Source: the human T2T-CHM13v2.0 reference genome, Homo sapiens
Reading direction: 5' to 3' (one strand)
DNA: 64,000 nt
NCBI RefSeq assembly: GCF_009914755.1
Contig: NC_060929.1
Shown here piece by piece: positions 49,147 to 64,000 of the stretch. A model generated the notes under the pieces. That model had not been told where the DNA came from. It did not search any database and was given only the letters and a program-made list of their open reading frames with translations. A program made the position numbers and the translations under genes. Within the stretch, counting starts at the first letter, position 1; each line of letters starts with the position of its first letter.

Positions 49147-49695
49147 AGTTGTTCCTTGGTCTCCATGGGAGAACTAATGTTCCAGGACCTCCCGTGGATA
49201 CCAAATCTGCAAATGCTCAAGTCCTTGATATAAAATGGTATAGTATTTGCATATAACCCATGCTTATGTTTTTTTGAGACGGTCTTGCTCTGTCACCCAG
49301 GCTGGAATGCAGTGGTGTGATCATAGCTTACTGTAGCCTTGACCTCATGGGCTCAGGTGATCCATCCACCTCAGCTTCCCAGGTAGCTAGGACTACAGGT
49401 GCAAGCCATCATGCCCCACTAATTTTTAAATTTTTTGTAGAGGCAGGATTTTGCTATGTTGTCCAGCTGGTCTTGAACTCCTGGGCTTAAGCAACCCTCC
49501 CACCTCAGCCTCCTCAAGTGCTGGGATTACAGGTGTGAGCCACTGTGCCTGGCCAATAGTTGTTAGACCTAGTTGTTTCTTAACTTGTATGATTTTTTAT
49601 TGTTGTATATTTTTAGTGTTTTTTTCTCCCAATAGTTTCCATTTGTGATTGTTCAGATCCATGGATGTGGAAATCATGGATACAGAGTGCCAGCT
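49147..49695 (+). mobile_element. MER2 (Tigger-type) interrupted by an AluJ
   Basis: gttccaggacctcccgtggataccaaatctgcaaatgctcaagtcc...; Alu at ~49268-49554. Confidence 0.7.
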
Positions 49696-49984
49696 TTACT
49701 TCCAAAATAGTATTGCGAAGGTTCAATAAGTTAATGTATGTAAATAATTTGGCACCAAGTAAATAAAATTCCTTTATCATCTGTATTTCTTTTGTCCATC
49801 TACCACTTTTACAATTTTTTTGGTGATTTGATTGATGTTTATCTCTCCAAGTAAATGCAGCTTCCATGAGAGCAGGCACCCTATTTATTTTTGCTGACCA
49901 CTGAGTCCCTGGCCCCTTGCACAATGCCTGGATTGCAGAAGGTATTCAGTAATTATTTGTTGAATGACTCATTATTATCCAATG

Positions 49985-50036
49985 TGACGATGATGATGAT
50001 GATGAGGATGTTGATGACAATGATGATGATAATAAT
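49985..50036. repeat. (GAT)n imperfect microsatellite
   Basis: gatgatgatgatgatgaggatgttgatgacaatgatgatgat. Confidence 0.85.
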
Positions 50037-50136
50037 TAGCTTTTACAACTTGTGGGACAGAAGTGTTCCTAGATGTCATGTTGGCAGGGGCTGCTCAGAG
50101 CAGAGGATCACCTTCCTCAGCTTCACCTGCCCATCA

Positions 50137-50642
<506 letters not shown>

Positions 50643-51297
50643 TCGGGCCCATGATTGTGACAACCAGAAACCCTTAGAATCATAAAATCTCAAGGCTTTG
50701 AGGTTGTTATCTACTCAAACCTTTTCTTCTCCACAAAATGAGTTTCTTTCATACATCCAGAGAAAGGGAATTCATCACACAAGAATATCCTCTTCAAATT
50801 TAGATAGCCCTAAAATCTGGGAAGCTCTAAATATTGGTCAGTATCCATCTGCTTGAATATTCCGTCTACAATACTTGTCACAGTTCTTTCTGGCTGTTTG
50901 GGTGCGCAAAAACAAGGATGCTCCCTCTAATCCACAAAGCCAAGAAAGAAGGCTGTGGTTGATTTGTAATGTCTGATAGGAATGCAATGAGGGGAAGGTG
51001 GCAGCTTGTTGTCCTTGTATAGTTAGACATCTTCTACATGACAACCTTGAGATACTCAAAGTAAATGTCACCAGTGTTTTTCAGGCTAACAATTATCATT
51101 GATTTCTGACTGGACATGATTGCAGGCCTCTCTTTCTACCCTGGCTAAACTCTTCAGAAGTTACTTTAGCTCATCTATCCTTTCAAAATGTGATTCCCAG
51201 GACTGAGAGAGCTCCCAAGCGTGGTCTGATCTAGGAGTAGAAATGAAGTTCTCTCCTCCCATGAGCCTAACACAATACTTTTGCTAATGTAGCCTCA

Positions 51298-51489
<192 letters not shown>

Positions 51490-51774
51490 TTAAGAATGTT
51501 TACTATTTGAAACAATTATTTTTGTTATTATTTTTAAAAATTTCCCTACTTTCTTTTATTTTGAAAAATTTTTAAGCCAAAAAGTTGAAAGAATAGTATA
51601 ATTAACATCCATGTACCCTTTAACTAAATATACCAGTTGTTAATTTTTGGCCCCAAATTGCATTACATATATATATAATATATATGTATATATAGACGAA
51701 TGAATATTCGTCTATACACACACACACATACACACGCAATTTTTTTCAGAATCATTCGAAAGTCAATTGCAGGT

Positions 51775-52072
<298 letters not shown>

Positions 52073-53577
52073 CTAAATTCTTAAGACTGCAATGGCCAGA
52101 AAATCAACTTCAATATCTTCATATATATACATATATACAGTTTCTATTTTATACATATATACAGTTTCTATTTTAAATACACTCATTCATTGGTATCCAA
52201 GACCCCTTACAAATTCAAAATCTGCAGATGCTCAAGTCTCTTACATAAAAATGAGTTAGTATTATCCCAATTCTCTCTAAAGTACCTTTTGTAGTTATTT
52301 TATTTTTTAATTCAGGATCTAATGAAGGTTTGTATATTGCATTTGGCTACATCTCTAGCCAAGTGGGAGGATCACTTGAGCCCAGGAGGTTGAGGCTGCA
52401 GTGAGCCATGATCACACCACTACACTCTAGCCTGAGAAACAGAGTGAGAATCTGCCTCAAAAAAAAAAAAGAAATTATTATTAATTTTGTAAGAGATGAT
52501 GATGGTATGATGATTATACTTTTTAAAGTTATTATCTGTTAGAGCTACACACTGAATTATTTTATTTTATTTTATTTTTTGAGACAGAGTCTCAGTGTGT
52601 TTTCATCACACTGGCTTTGTTTGAAGAGTATAGGCCAATTGTCTTATAGAACGCCCCACATTGCGGGCTTGTATGATTGCTTCCTCGTGATTAAATTCAG
52701 GGGAGCACTTTTAGCAAGAATACTACAGAGGTGATAGTTTTGTACCTCTATTTCATCATATTGGGAGGCACATGATATCCTGTTGTTTTGCTTTGTTGGT
52801 GACTGCCAGATCTCCTACTGGAAATGTACATTTTCCCTTTGTAATCTGTGGGGTAAAACTTTGAGATGGCATGATTATCCTGTTCCTCAAACCAATGGTT
52901 TTACCACTCACTGATGTTCCTTGCTTGAATCATTGGTGGTTGCAAGGTGGTGGTTTTCTAAGTCTATGTATCATTTCTTCTAAATTTATTAGCTGGTTTT
53001 TAAGAGAGATATATTGTTTTCTCCTCTTTTTTTTGGCATCACAACAGACACATGTTAATTATTTCTAAATTTAATATCTTATACTCTGTTATTGCCATTA
53101 TTCTTTTGGGTTCTTAAATTATTCCAAATTTGGAGATGCATTTTTCTAAAAGAACAAAAATATGTTCCTTTACTTAGATTATAATGTTTAGATAAGGGCT
53201 TTTCAAAATTGGCTTGTAGTATCAACCAATTTGTTGGTTGAGGCCTATGTTAAAAATACAGGCTCCTGGTTCTCATATCATCCTATTGAGTCAGAATCTT
53301 GGCAGTGTCACATGTGACTTCAGAATAATATCTTTTTCTGTCTATCTTAGGAAGATTTTCAAACATATACAAAAGCAATGAATAATTTAATGAATATAAC
53401 GAGAATTTAACGAGAATAATTTCATGAATTCACATGTGCTCATCCCAGCTTCAACAATGAACTTTTTGCCACTTGTTCTCTATCTCTTCAGCCCCATCAC
53501 ACACATACTGAATTTGTCGGTGTATTTGTAGCAAACCAGAGACCCCAAGTTATTTCACCTGTAAATAATTCAGTATG

Positions 53578-54245
<668 letters not shown>

Positions 54246-54770
54246 AATAATTTCTTTATACCATCTAATATTCAGTCCATATTCAGATTTCTCCAATTCT
54301 CTCAAAAATATCTGTCTTACAGTTGGTTTCCAAACAAGTCTACACATTGTATTTTGTTAAGTCTCTTAAGTTTTTTAAACTGCTACATTCCCCTTGCCCT
54401 GTTTATTTTTTCCTTGCAACTTTTAATTTTTTGTTTGCTGCTGAAGATACCAGATCATTTGTCCTGTAGTATATCCTATTTTTTCTATTTGGTTGGTGAC
54501 TTCCTCATGATGCTATTTATCTTGTTCCTCTATCCCCCGTGCTTCCTATAAATGGATATTAGATCTAGTGGCTTGAATAAATGGAGGTTTCAAATTTATT
54601 TTTGAAATATCAGAGGTGGTACTACTCTGTACTCCCTACTGTGGGCTATTATGAGACACACATAGCTAGCTGTCATGTATATAAATATGAGATGCTAAGA
54701 TGAGTACATGGGGTCAGGTAGCATCAGTGCATTCTCCCTTTATAAAGCTTCCCAGTGACCATTCCTCTAA

Positions 54771-55173
<403 letters not shown>

Positions 55174-55631
55174 TAAAGATGACAAATTATTACTTTAAAT
55201 ATTTTTTAAATGTTTCTAACTCTTTCTCATGACCTCATCTAATCATTAGAGTGGCTCCTGATCAGGAGATCAATGACCTACTGAGAATCCCAAGAGAGGA
55301 GCTGCAAAGGAATCTTAGCAGCCACAATTTGACTCACTACCTCCTGAGGGTCTTTGCTGGGGAAGGCTCCAATGTTAGGTTCTTGGTCAAATCTCTGCTC
55401 CACCCATATCAATGTCCATGCCTTTGGATATGTTATTTTATCTTTATAAGCCTCATATTTCCAGGGCAATAAAAACCCACCCTGCCTACCTCACAAGGCT
55501 GTTGAGAGGAACAGAGGAACTAAGACAGAGAAAACCATTTTGTACACCGTTAACTTTTTATCAAGGCAGGGAACAACCTGAATGTTCACCTTAGGGGAAT
55601 AAGCAAATGAAACGGATATACATCCACACTA

Positions 55632-55968
<337 letters not shown>

Positions 55969-56326
55969 TCATTTATATGTTCCAACATGAAAAAATAGGG
56001 ATATATTGTTAGATGAAAAATCAAATTTTCAGAAATTATCCTAAGTAATGTATAAGAAAATAGAAAGCAAATTATGTACTTCCATTCACACACATATATT
56101 GATGTACATGTAGAGAAAAAAAGTCTAAAGGAATATTTACTAACTAGGTTTCAATGATTACCTTATGGGTACAGAGTGAGATGGGGGATGGGGTTATCGA
56201 GGTGATTCTCTCTATTGTTTGATAGTTTACAATAAGAGCATATTCATTTAAAACCTGTGTAAGTAGAAATAAAGAAAAGTGATATGATGATTTTTGTTGT
56301 TACTACTACAACATCTGTGACTACTA

Positions 56327-56452
<126 letters not shown>

Positions 56453-57565
56453 TTAAAACATTTTTGTTAAAGGTACAGTTTTCTCCCAAAGTGAGTGATT
56501 TTTATGTATTTGTGTGTGAGCATGAAGCCTTCTGTCAATTTTCTCCCAGTGATCTACTTTATACTTTAACAACTTTCAGGAGTTTGCCTTTTTTTCTTTT
56601 TTTGCAATTATCCCTTTAAGCACAAATATTTAACTGACTATCATTGGATTTATTCTTCTTGAGTAAGCGGTAGCTGTGCATTGACGTAGATCTGCAAAGC
56701 AGGAAAGGGGATATGGAGGGGGAGAGGAGGAGGGAGGGGAAGAGGTGGTGTGGGTGTGGCCAGGCCAGTGATTCCCTCCTTCCCATTGCTGATGGTGTCA
56801 GAACACTCGAGATCCTGGCCTGGGCCAGACCCCTCACAAAGGTGATACTCGGGATCCTGCCCAGCCCCCTGTAGGATGTGATGCCCAAGTTCCAGCCTAT
56901 TCCTCTTGCCATGTCCCTCTTTCTCAACCCTTTTAAGGGTGGAGCAGGCCCTGCTGCAGAAACACCTTTGGCTGGAGCAAGTGGAAACAGCAGCAGGTTG
57001 CCCAGATCCTGGAAGCACGGCATAAATTGCAGGACTGAGGGGAACAGGTGGGAGAGAGGAAGGGCTCCAGCCTTCTTCAGATACCAGAGTTTAAATCCCA
57101 ACATGACCCTCAGGTAGCCAGACATGTAGAGCCAGTCTCTTGAGATCTCTGGGCCCCAGTTTTCTTCACATGCAGTCTGGATTTTGGGGGAAGAGACAGT
57201 GAGAGACGGATATAGAGATGTGCTGGAACATGACATTTTTGTTACTGCTCACCGTGATAGGCATTTTCAATACAAATGAAGTCACCTTGCATAGAACTGG
57301 CAAGGATATGAATCTGAGGGTTGCAAATTCAGAAGCTATGGGATCAGACAGGTACTGGTGATCTGGTGGGTGACAGGGGCTGAGTATAAGAGACAGTAGG
57401 GAACATTGGAGACTGTGGCAAACCAGAATAACACATCCCATTGTAAAAGGGATTGCTCAGGAGTTGCCTCTAGAAGCACATCTAAAAAATGAAGGCTCAG
57501 AAGCAGTCGGTTGTCTAACTGATTAAGAAGGCAGAGATTTTTTTGTTTTGTGAATGTGAATGTGA

Positions 57566-57892
<327 letters not shown>

Positions 57893-59100
57893 GAAATCTC
57901 CAGGGTTTAAACATTGACTAAAAAATAAAACTGTGAAGTCCCCCAAAACATAACTGAAGGCCATAGCCAACTCTCAGGCCATCACTCTGCAACCTCTATA
58001 TTAGAAAAAATAAAAGACAAGTCATCAGAGAAAAAAAAAAAATCAGAGAAAGGCTTTCAGAAATGGCCTGATGTCAGAAGCTTATCTGGTGATATAATGA
58101 TCCCAGAAGGCTTGAGGGAAGAGAAGATTTGCAAAATGGTTAACAGTGGAGTCACAGTAGGTCTTTGAATACTGGCTCTGCCACTTCCCAGCTATATGAC
58201 CCTGGGCAAGGCATTTAAACCTCAGTTTACTCATCTGTAAAATGGGAATAAAAATAGTGCCTATCATAGACTTACTGTGAGGAGTAAACAAGGCTTGCAA
58301 GGCTCTTGGCACGATAACCGCAGTGTAATTGCACAATACATTTAACTACGGAATGAGTAAATGCTCTTAAAAGCGTTTTGTGAGCAGGAAAGTGCTCTGA
58401 GAGTTAGGTGTGACTGATATGTACTCCAGGTACACCTATTTGGGTTATGATAATTAGGCTTTATGGAGAGTTTTGTTTACCGTCCCTACTTTGACTTTTG
58501 AGACCTTTCTTCACATTTACGAGGACCTATTTGGTTTTGCATGCCTTGGGAGTAGCTGAGCGCTGTGGATCTCTGCATTCTTTGTTTTTACTGCATTTGT
58601 CTTTTCTTTCTGAAATTGTTTTTGCATTAAAGTTTCAAATACATAAACATTGATTATTATAAGTATGCTTTGATAATGACTGAAATCATTGTGAAGACTT
58701 CTTTTCAGTAAGTATGCTTTTTACTTTTACTAACATTGCATGGACCAAATTACCCTGACAAGGTGTGGGTATTGGAGTGGGAGAAGGTTGGGGATGGAGA
58801 GGCTAAAAGGAAGAGAAGAAAGTCTCTGTCTCAAATAAATAGAGTAATTTATATAGTGCTTTTGCATCTTTTATCACTTTCGATGCTTTCAGTTAAGGAG
58901 ATCTGGGCTCAGGGGGATGCAGGAATTTGACAGTCATCCAGCTTGTTAGCAGCAGCGTTGGATCTGTGCCTAGAGTCTCTAACTGGGACTCTCTGTCATG
59001 CTCTCCTTGCCTTCATAGAATCCAGATTGGTAGGAAGGTGGCCTGGAGCAGTGGCCGAATTAATTGGGTCAGTGGTCAAAAGAAGAGCAACACACCCTCA

Positions 59101-59295
<195 letters not shown>

Positions 59296-59629
59296 TCACA
59301 GTCTGCGTGCTGGGGCCTGTTGCATAATAAAACTGTCTTTGGGGTGACAGACCCAGCCTGAATGTCCTCATGCTCCCAGATGCTAGAATTTGAATGCTCT
59401 TCTTAGCATCCCTGTAGAGTGGCTGCCCAACTTCTGCTAGGATACTTCCAGTGACAGAGAGCTCATTACCTTCCCACATAGCCCATGCATTTTCTCATTT
59501 TCCTTGAGTTCTACCAGTTTAGAGTCCCTTGTGGTAAATTTATTTTGTCTGACACACCCTGGCCCTCACTTCCTCCAAGATGATTGAGGGCCAAGGTGTT
59601 CTTATGACTCAGTTCTCTTCCTCTAGTAC

Positions 59630-59862
59630 AGAGTTTATCAACAGGTGCCCTATTGACATTTTGGGGCAGATAATTATTTGTTATCAGGAGCTGTCTTTTG
59701 CATTATAGGATGTTTAGCAGCTTTCCCGAGCCTCTACCCACTAGGTGTCAGAGACTCTTCCCCCAGATTGTGGCAACCAAAAATGTCTGTAGAGATTGTA
59801 AAGGTCTTTGGCTAGGGTAGCAGGAGCTGGTGCAAAATGATCCCAAGTTGGGGATCACTACT
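59630..59862 (+). mobile_element. MER20 (hAT-Charlie)
   Basis: ctattgacattttggggcagataattatttg...ggcaaccaaaaatgtct. Confidence 0.75.
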
Positions 59863-60645
59863 GTAGTGTGTCTAATTTGTCAAATTCCTTTTAAAAAGTG
59901 GGGCTGATTACTAATTATATCTTCCAGAGGTGATCAGAAGGGTATAAACGGGGACCCTCTCACATCCTTTGTTCTGAACACTTGTGTCTTTATAGATGTG
60001 ACCTATCACAAAGACATAAATGAGGGATCAAGAGCACCACTAGACTCCACTGGAATGCAGGCTTCATGCAGCAGAGACTCTCGTGTCTTGTTTGCTTCTA
60101 TATTCCCAGGGGCTACAAATGCACAGGGTAGATAGGTGCTCAATAAATATTTCTCAAATGAATCATGGCCAGAGGTTCTGGTGGGAGATGAAAGGTAAAG
60201 AAATCATCTAATGACTCTGAGGAAGCAAATATCAAAGAATAAAAGCATTGTCTTAAAAACAAATACCACCCTGGCAAAGATAGTTTGGCTGAAGACCATG
60301 TTTTTTTGTAGAAGCTCTAGAACCCAGAGGATTCCAAAGGGGAGAGTCCAGTCTCTGGGTTGGAACCACTGAAGATCAGAAGTCATGACAGAGGCAGCAA
60401 GGGTCTCGCCTTCTTTAGACATGGGAGCCACTTACCAGGCCTGGAGATAAGAAAAGATTCACTCCAAGGAAATGGAATTATATATTTGGTATCTATTCCA
60501 TTCAGTAGATGTTAATGGAAACTTGCTGTGTGCCAGTCCCTACAGAGGCTACCGTGGGGACGTGCAAAGGGAAATCAGACAGTTTTTGCCCACAGAGCTT
60601 TCAATTAAATGAGGAAGGTGGGTCTGTTAGAAAATAAATATGTCG

Positions 60646-61034
<389 letters not shown>

Positions 61035-61443
61035 TCATAAGAAAGAGTAAAGTTTTAGAGAGGAGGCACTTTAAAAAGACAGAAATGAGGGGGCAGGAAC
61101 AGCACAGGAAAAGAGAAAGAGGTAGGCTGGTGTGGGGAGAGTGGATTGGTGGGATTGATGGAGGCGTCTATCTTCATGTCCAAGACACTTTCTCATGCGC
61201 CCTCAAGTAGTTTGGAACAGGAGTCACACACTCAAATGCCTGCAGGGATTGGGCTGTTAATGCAAATGACGAAATGAGCTGCATGTGATCCTAGGGAGTG
61301 GGGAGGACTGCGGGGAGAATTGTGGCAAAGTAGAGTCAGATGAGCATGGTGAGTCTTTAAGAGTAATGGTGTGCCCCCTCCAGGGATGCTCAGGTTGGAC
61401 CCAGGTTGACTCCAGGGGATTGATGCCAACAGGCACATTTTCA

Positions 61444-61683
<240 letters not shown>

Positions 61684-62186
61684 TTAGTGGAAGGGAAGCA
61701 TGGCCAGAAACTCAGCCTCCTTCTGGCATCTCCAGAGCGCCTGATAGGAAGAGGGGCAAAACCTGATGAGGTGGACTTGGAGACAACTCTCAGTTCTAGG
61801 GGTCTGTCCTGGAACATCTGATCTGGGGATGGTGCTAGTTCAAGTGACTCAACAAATCTTTAATACACACTAGGCTCTAAAGGAAATAAAAGTTGCTACC
61901 ATTCTGGATAACACTCTAGTACTGGTTGGTTCATTAATTCATCCAGTGATTTCTTTCATGAGTTATTCTCTCAAATAACATTTATTGTGACCTAATACAT
62001 GTCTATCAGTTAGATAGACAATGGAAAAATTAGTAATAGTTGCCTCAGTCTACAGTGAGACATCAGGTTATTTATTAACTCACTCACTAGAAACAAAAAT
62101 CTACCATATATGGGATATTTACTGGTTTTAGTTTACTCCTTCATCCATTTGTTCAACCAATATTCATTGTGAATATGAATTGCTTG

Positions 62187-62242
<56 letters not shown>

Positions 62243-62324
62243 GAAATGAGCTGCATGTGATGCTAGGGAGTGGGGAGGACTGTGGGGAGAATTGTGGCAA
62301 AGTAGAGTCAGATGAGCATGGTGA
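62243..62324 (+). repeat. 82-bp direct copy of 61271-61352 embedded in a (CT)n(AT)n microsatellite
   Basis: 80/82 identity by eye; simple repeat spans ~62191-62352. Confidence 0.93.
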
Positions 62325-64000
62325 TATATATATATATATATTATATATATATGAATTGCTATATATCGACATTATGCACTGGGTAAAATTTAATAATTTA
62401 ATAGCAATTGTTACTGTGCATATAGAGTACTTATGATGGTCCCAGCAGGGTGCTAGGGCCTAGGGTTCTAAATATTCTTCACACCTGTGCTGGCAGCTCC
62501 TGCCCAGGCAGCTCCAATCCTGATGTGGATTGGGTGGGAAAGGTGGGAACAGGATCATGAGAACAGAATCAAAAAGGAACTTAAATAAAAAGTACATGCG
62601 TAAGCATTGAACCCAGAGATGGGAGCACTTAATTCTGAGTTCCAGCTCTGCCGCTAACCTACTGTGTTTGGTTACTACTTTGGGAAGCCCTTAGCTGCTT
62701 TGATCCTGTTTCACTGCCAAAAAAGGGAGAAAATTCTAGTTTTGCCTATGTCCCAGGGAAGCTGTAAGACTCAAAAGAGGTAACAACATGATGAATCATG
62801 GAATCATGAAGTGCTTCACAGATGTGAGCATCATCATCGTCATATCATTGTCTCATCATCATCATCATCCTCACTGCCACCTTTGGTTTGGCCTTCATGG
62901 TGCTCATTTGTTAGAAAGCGCATCCTTCAAGAGGAAGAAGAATTGGGATGATAGGAAAAAGGCAAGCATGGGCTGGTTTAAGCAAGTAGAAGTGCCCCCT
63001 CCACCCAAGAACAAAAGGGTACCTTGAAGATGCCATTGGGAGATACAGACGAAGTCTCAGGCTAAGACAGAGAATGCCCTCTTGCCACACTTAAATTGTC
63101 TGCAGGTGGCCAGGAGAGCCAAAACCAACTGCCCAAGTGAGTCCAGCAGAGACAGTGCTCACATCTCTTTGTCTTATCCATTAGAGAGTCATGGCAAGGG
63201 GCTAGGAAGAAGCTGTAACCAACCAGGTCTTTGCATTTCAATGCTGACCTGAGAGAGGGTTGGGTTGAGAGAACAGGTGAACTGTTGGGGACTTCTGTGA
63301 CTTCAGTCTATTGAGTGAAGTCTATTGACCTAACTTCTGTTAGGGCAGTCTATTCACCTAAGGATGGGGGGGTGGGCACCCATTGTCCCTTTACTTCCAA
63401 GAGATAACCTTTATTTCTTGATAACTGTAATTTGTCAATTCTTAAGTAGTAATTTCTCCAAAAGATGTGGTCCCATTTCCCACCCTCTGCTCTTTTTTCC
63501 TTTGTCTCTCACTTCTTTCCCATGACAGCATCGATGTCTTGCCCCTATTTGAATCAGATATTGTGGGAAAGGTGAGACAAGTTTTCGGAGGAACCACTGT
63601 GCCTTAGCTGACAGCATTTACCCATCTGGACCTTGAAGCATAAATAGATGTTGCAAGCTCCCCTGAGACTTAAAAAATTGGGTTTATATTTTTTCTCGAA
63701 AACTATACAATTGCTATTATAAAAGGAAATTCCAAAATCCCACCAATGGAAAATAACCACACATTATAATTAGCCCTCCTCTGGGCATCTTTATTTGCTC
63801 TAAATGCACCGAATTTTACATAAAGAGAACCGCTATGCATGCTGGATCCTCAACTAATTTTCTGTATGAATAAATGTGCTACACACTTTCCATGTCCATA
63901 CATTTCCTCCATCACTTGTAATGACTGTATCATATTCTACTGTATGTTTGTTTCATGTGTTAACCTTTCTCTTAATGTTTCCAAGTTTTCGATATTATTG

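Noticed and set aside
56616-57236. 206-aa intronic ORF as an independent gene
   Set aside because: No recognisable homology or promoter; only the cryptic acceptor at its end is retained as a finding.

Overview
Primate (almost certainly human) genomic DNA from the GM2A-SLC36A3 locus (5q33.1 from recall). The window contains the complete 4-exon GM2A gene on + (GM2 ganglioside activator, 193 aa) with its CpG/GC-box promoter. It also contains coding exons 2-10 of the convergent SLC36A3 (PAT3) gene on -, whose exon 1 lies beyond the right edge. All junctions were read by hand as GT-AG with consistent phase. Upstream of GM2A is a ~6.9-kb decayed ERV1 provirus (MER51-type LTRs, 4-bp TSD, tRNA-Arg PBS, gag/pro/IN remnants, RT core and most of env deleted) and two solo LTRs. 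The rest is ~37 Alus, old L1/L2/MIR pieces, DNA transposons and simple repeats. Most notable observations: a frame-preserving antisense-Alu exon in SLC36A3; a 33-nt tailless U2 snRNA retrocopy with a TSD inside an Alu; an 82-bp templated copy dropped into a (TA)n tract; a short inverted Alu duplex in the GM2A 3' UTR; and a trimeric Alu. I see no evidence for a wholly new multi-gene system. Repeat family names are from recalled consensus sequences and need Dfam confirmation; repeat boundaries are approximate unless a TSD is cited.
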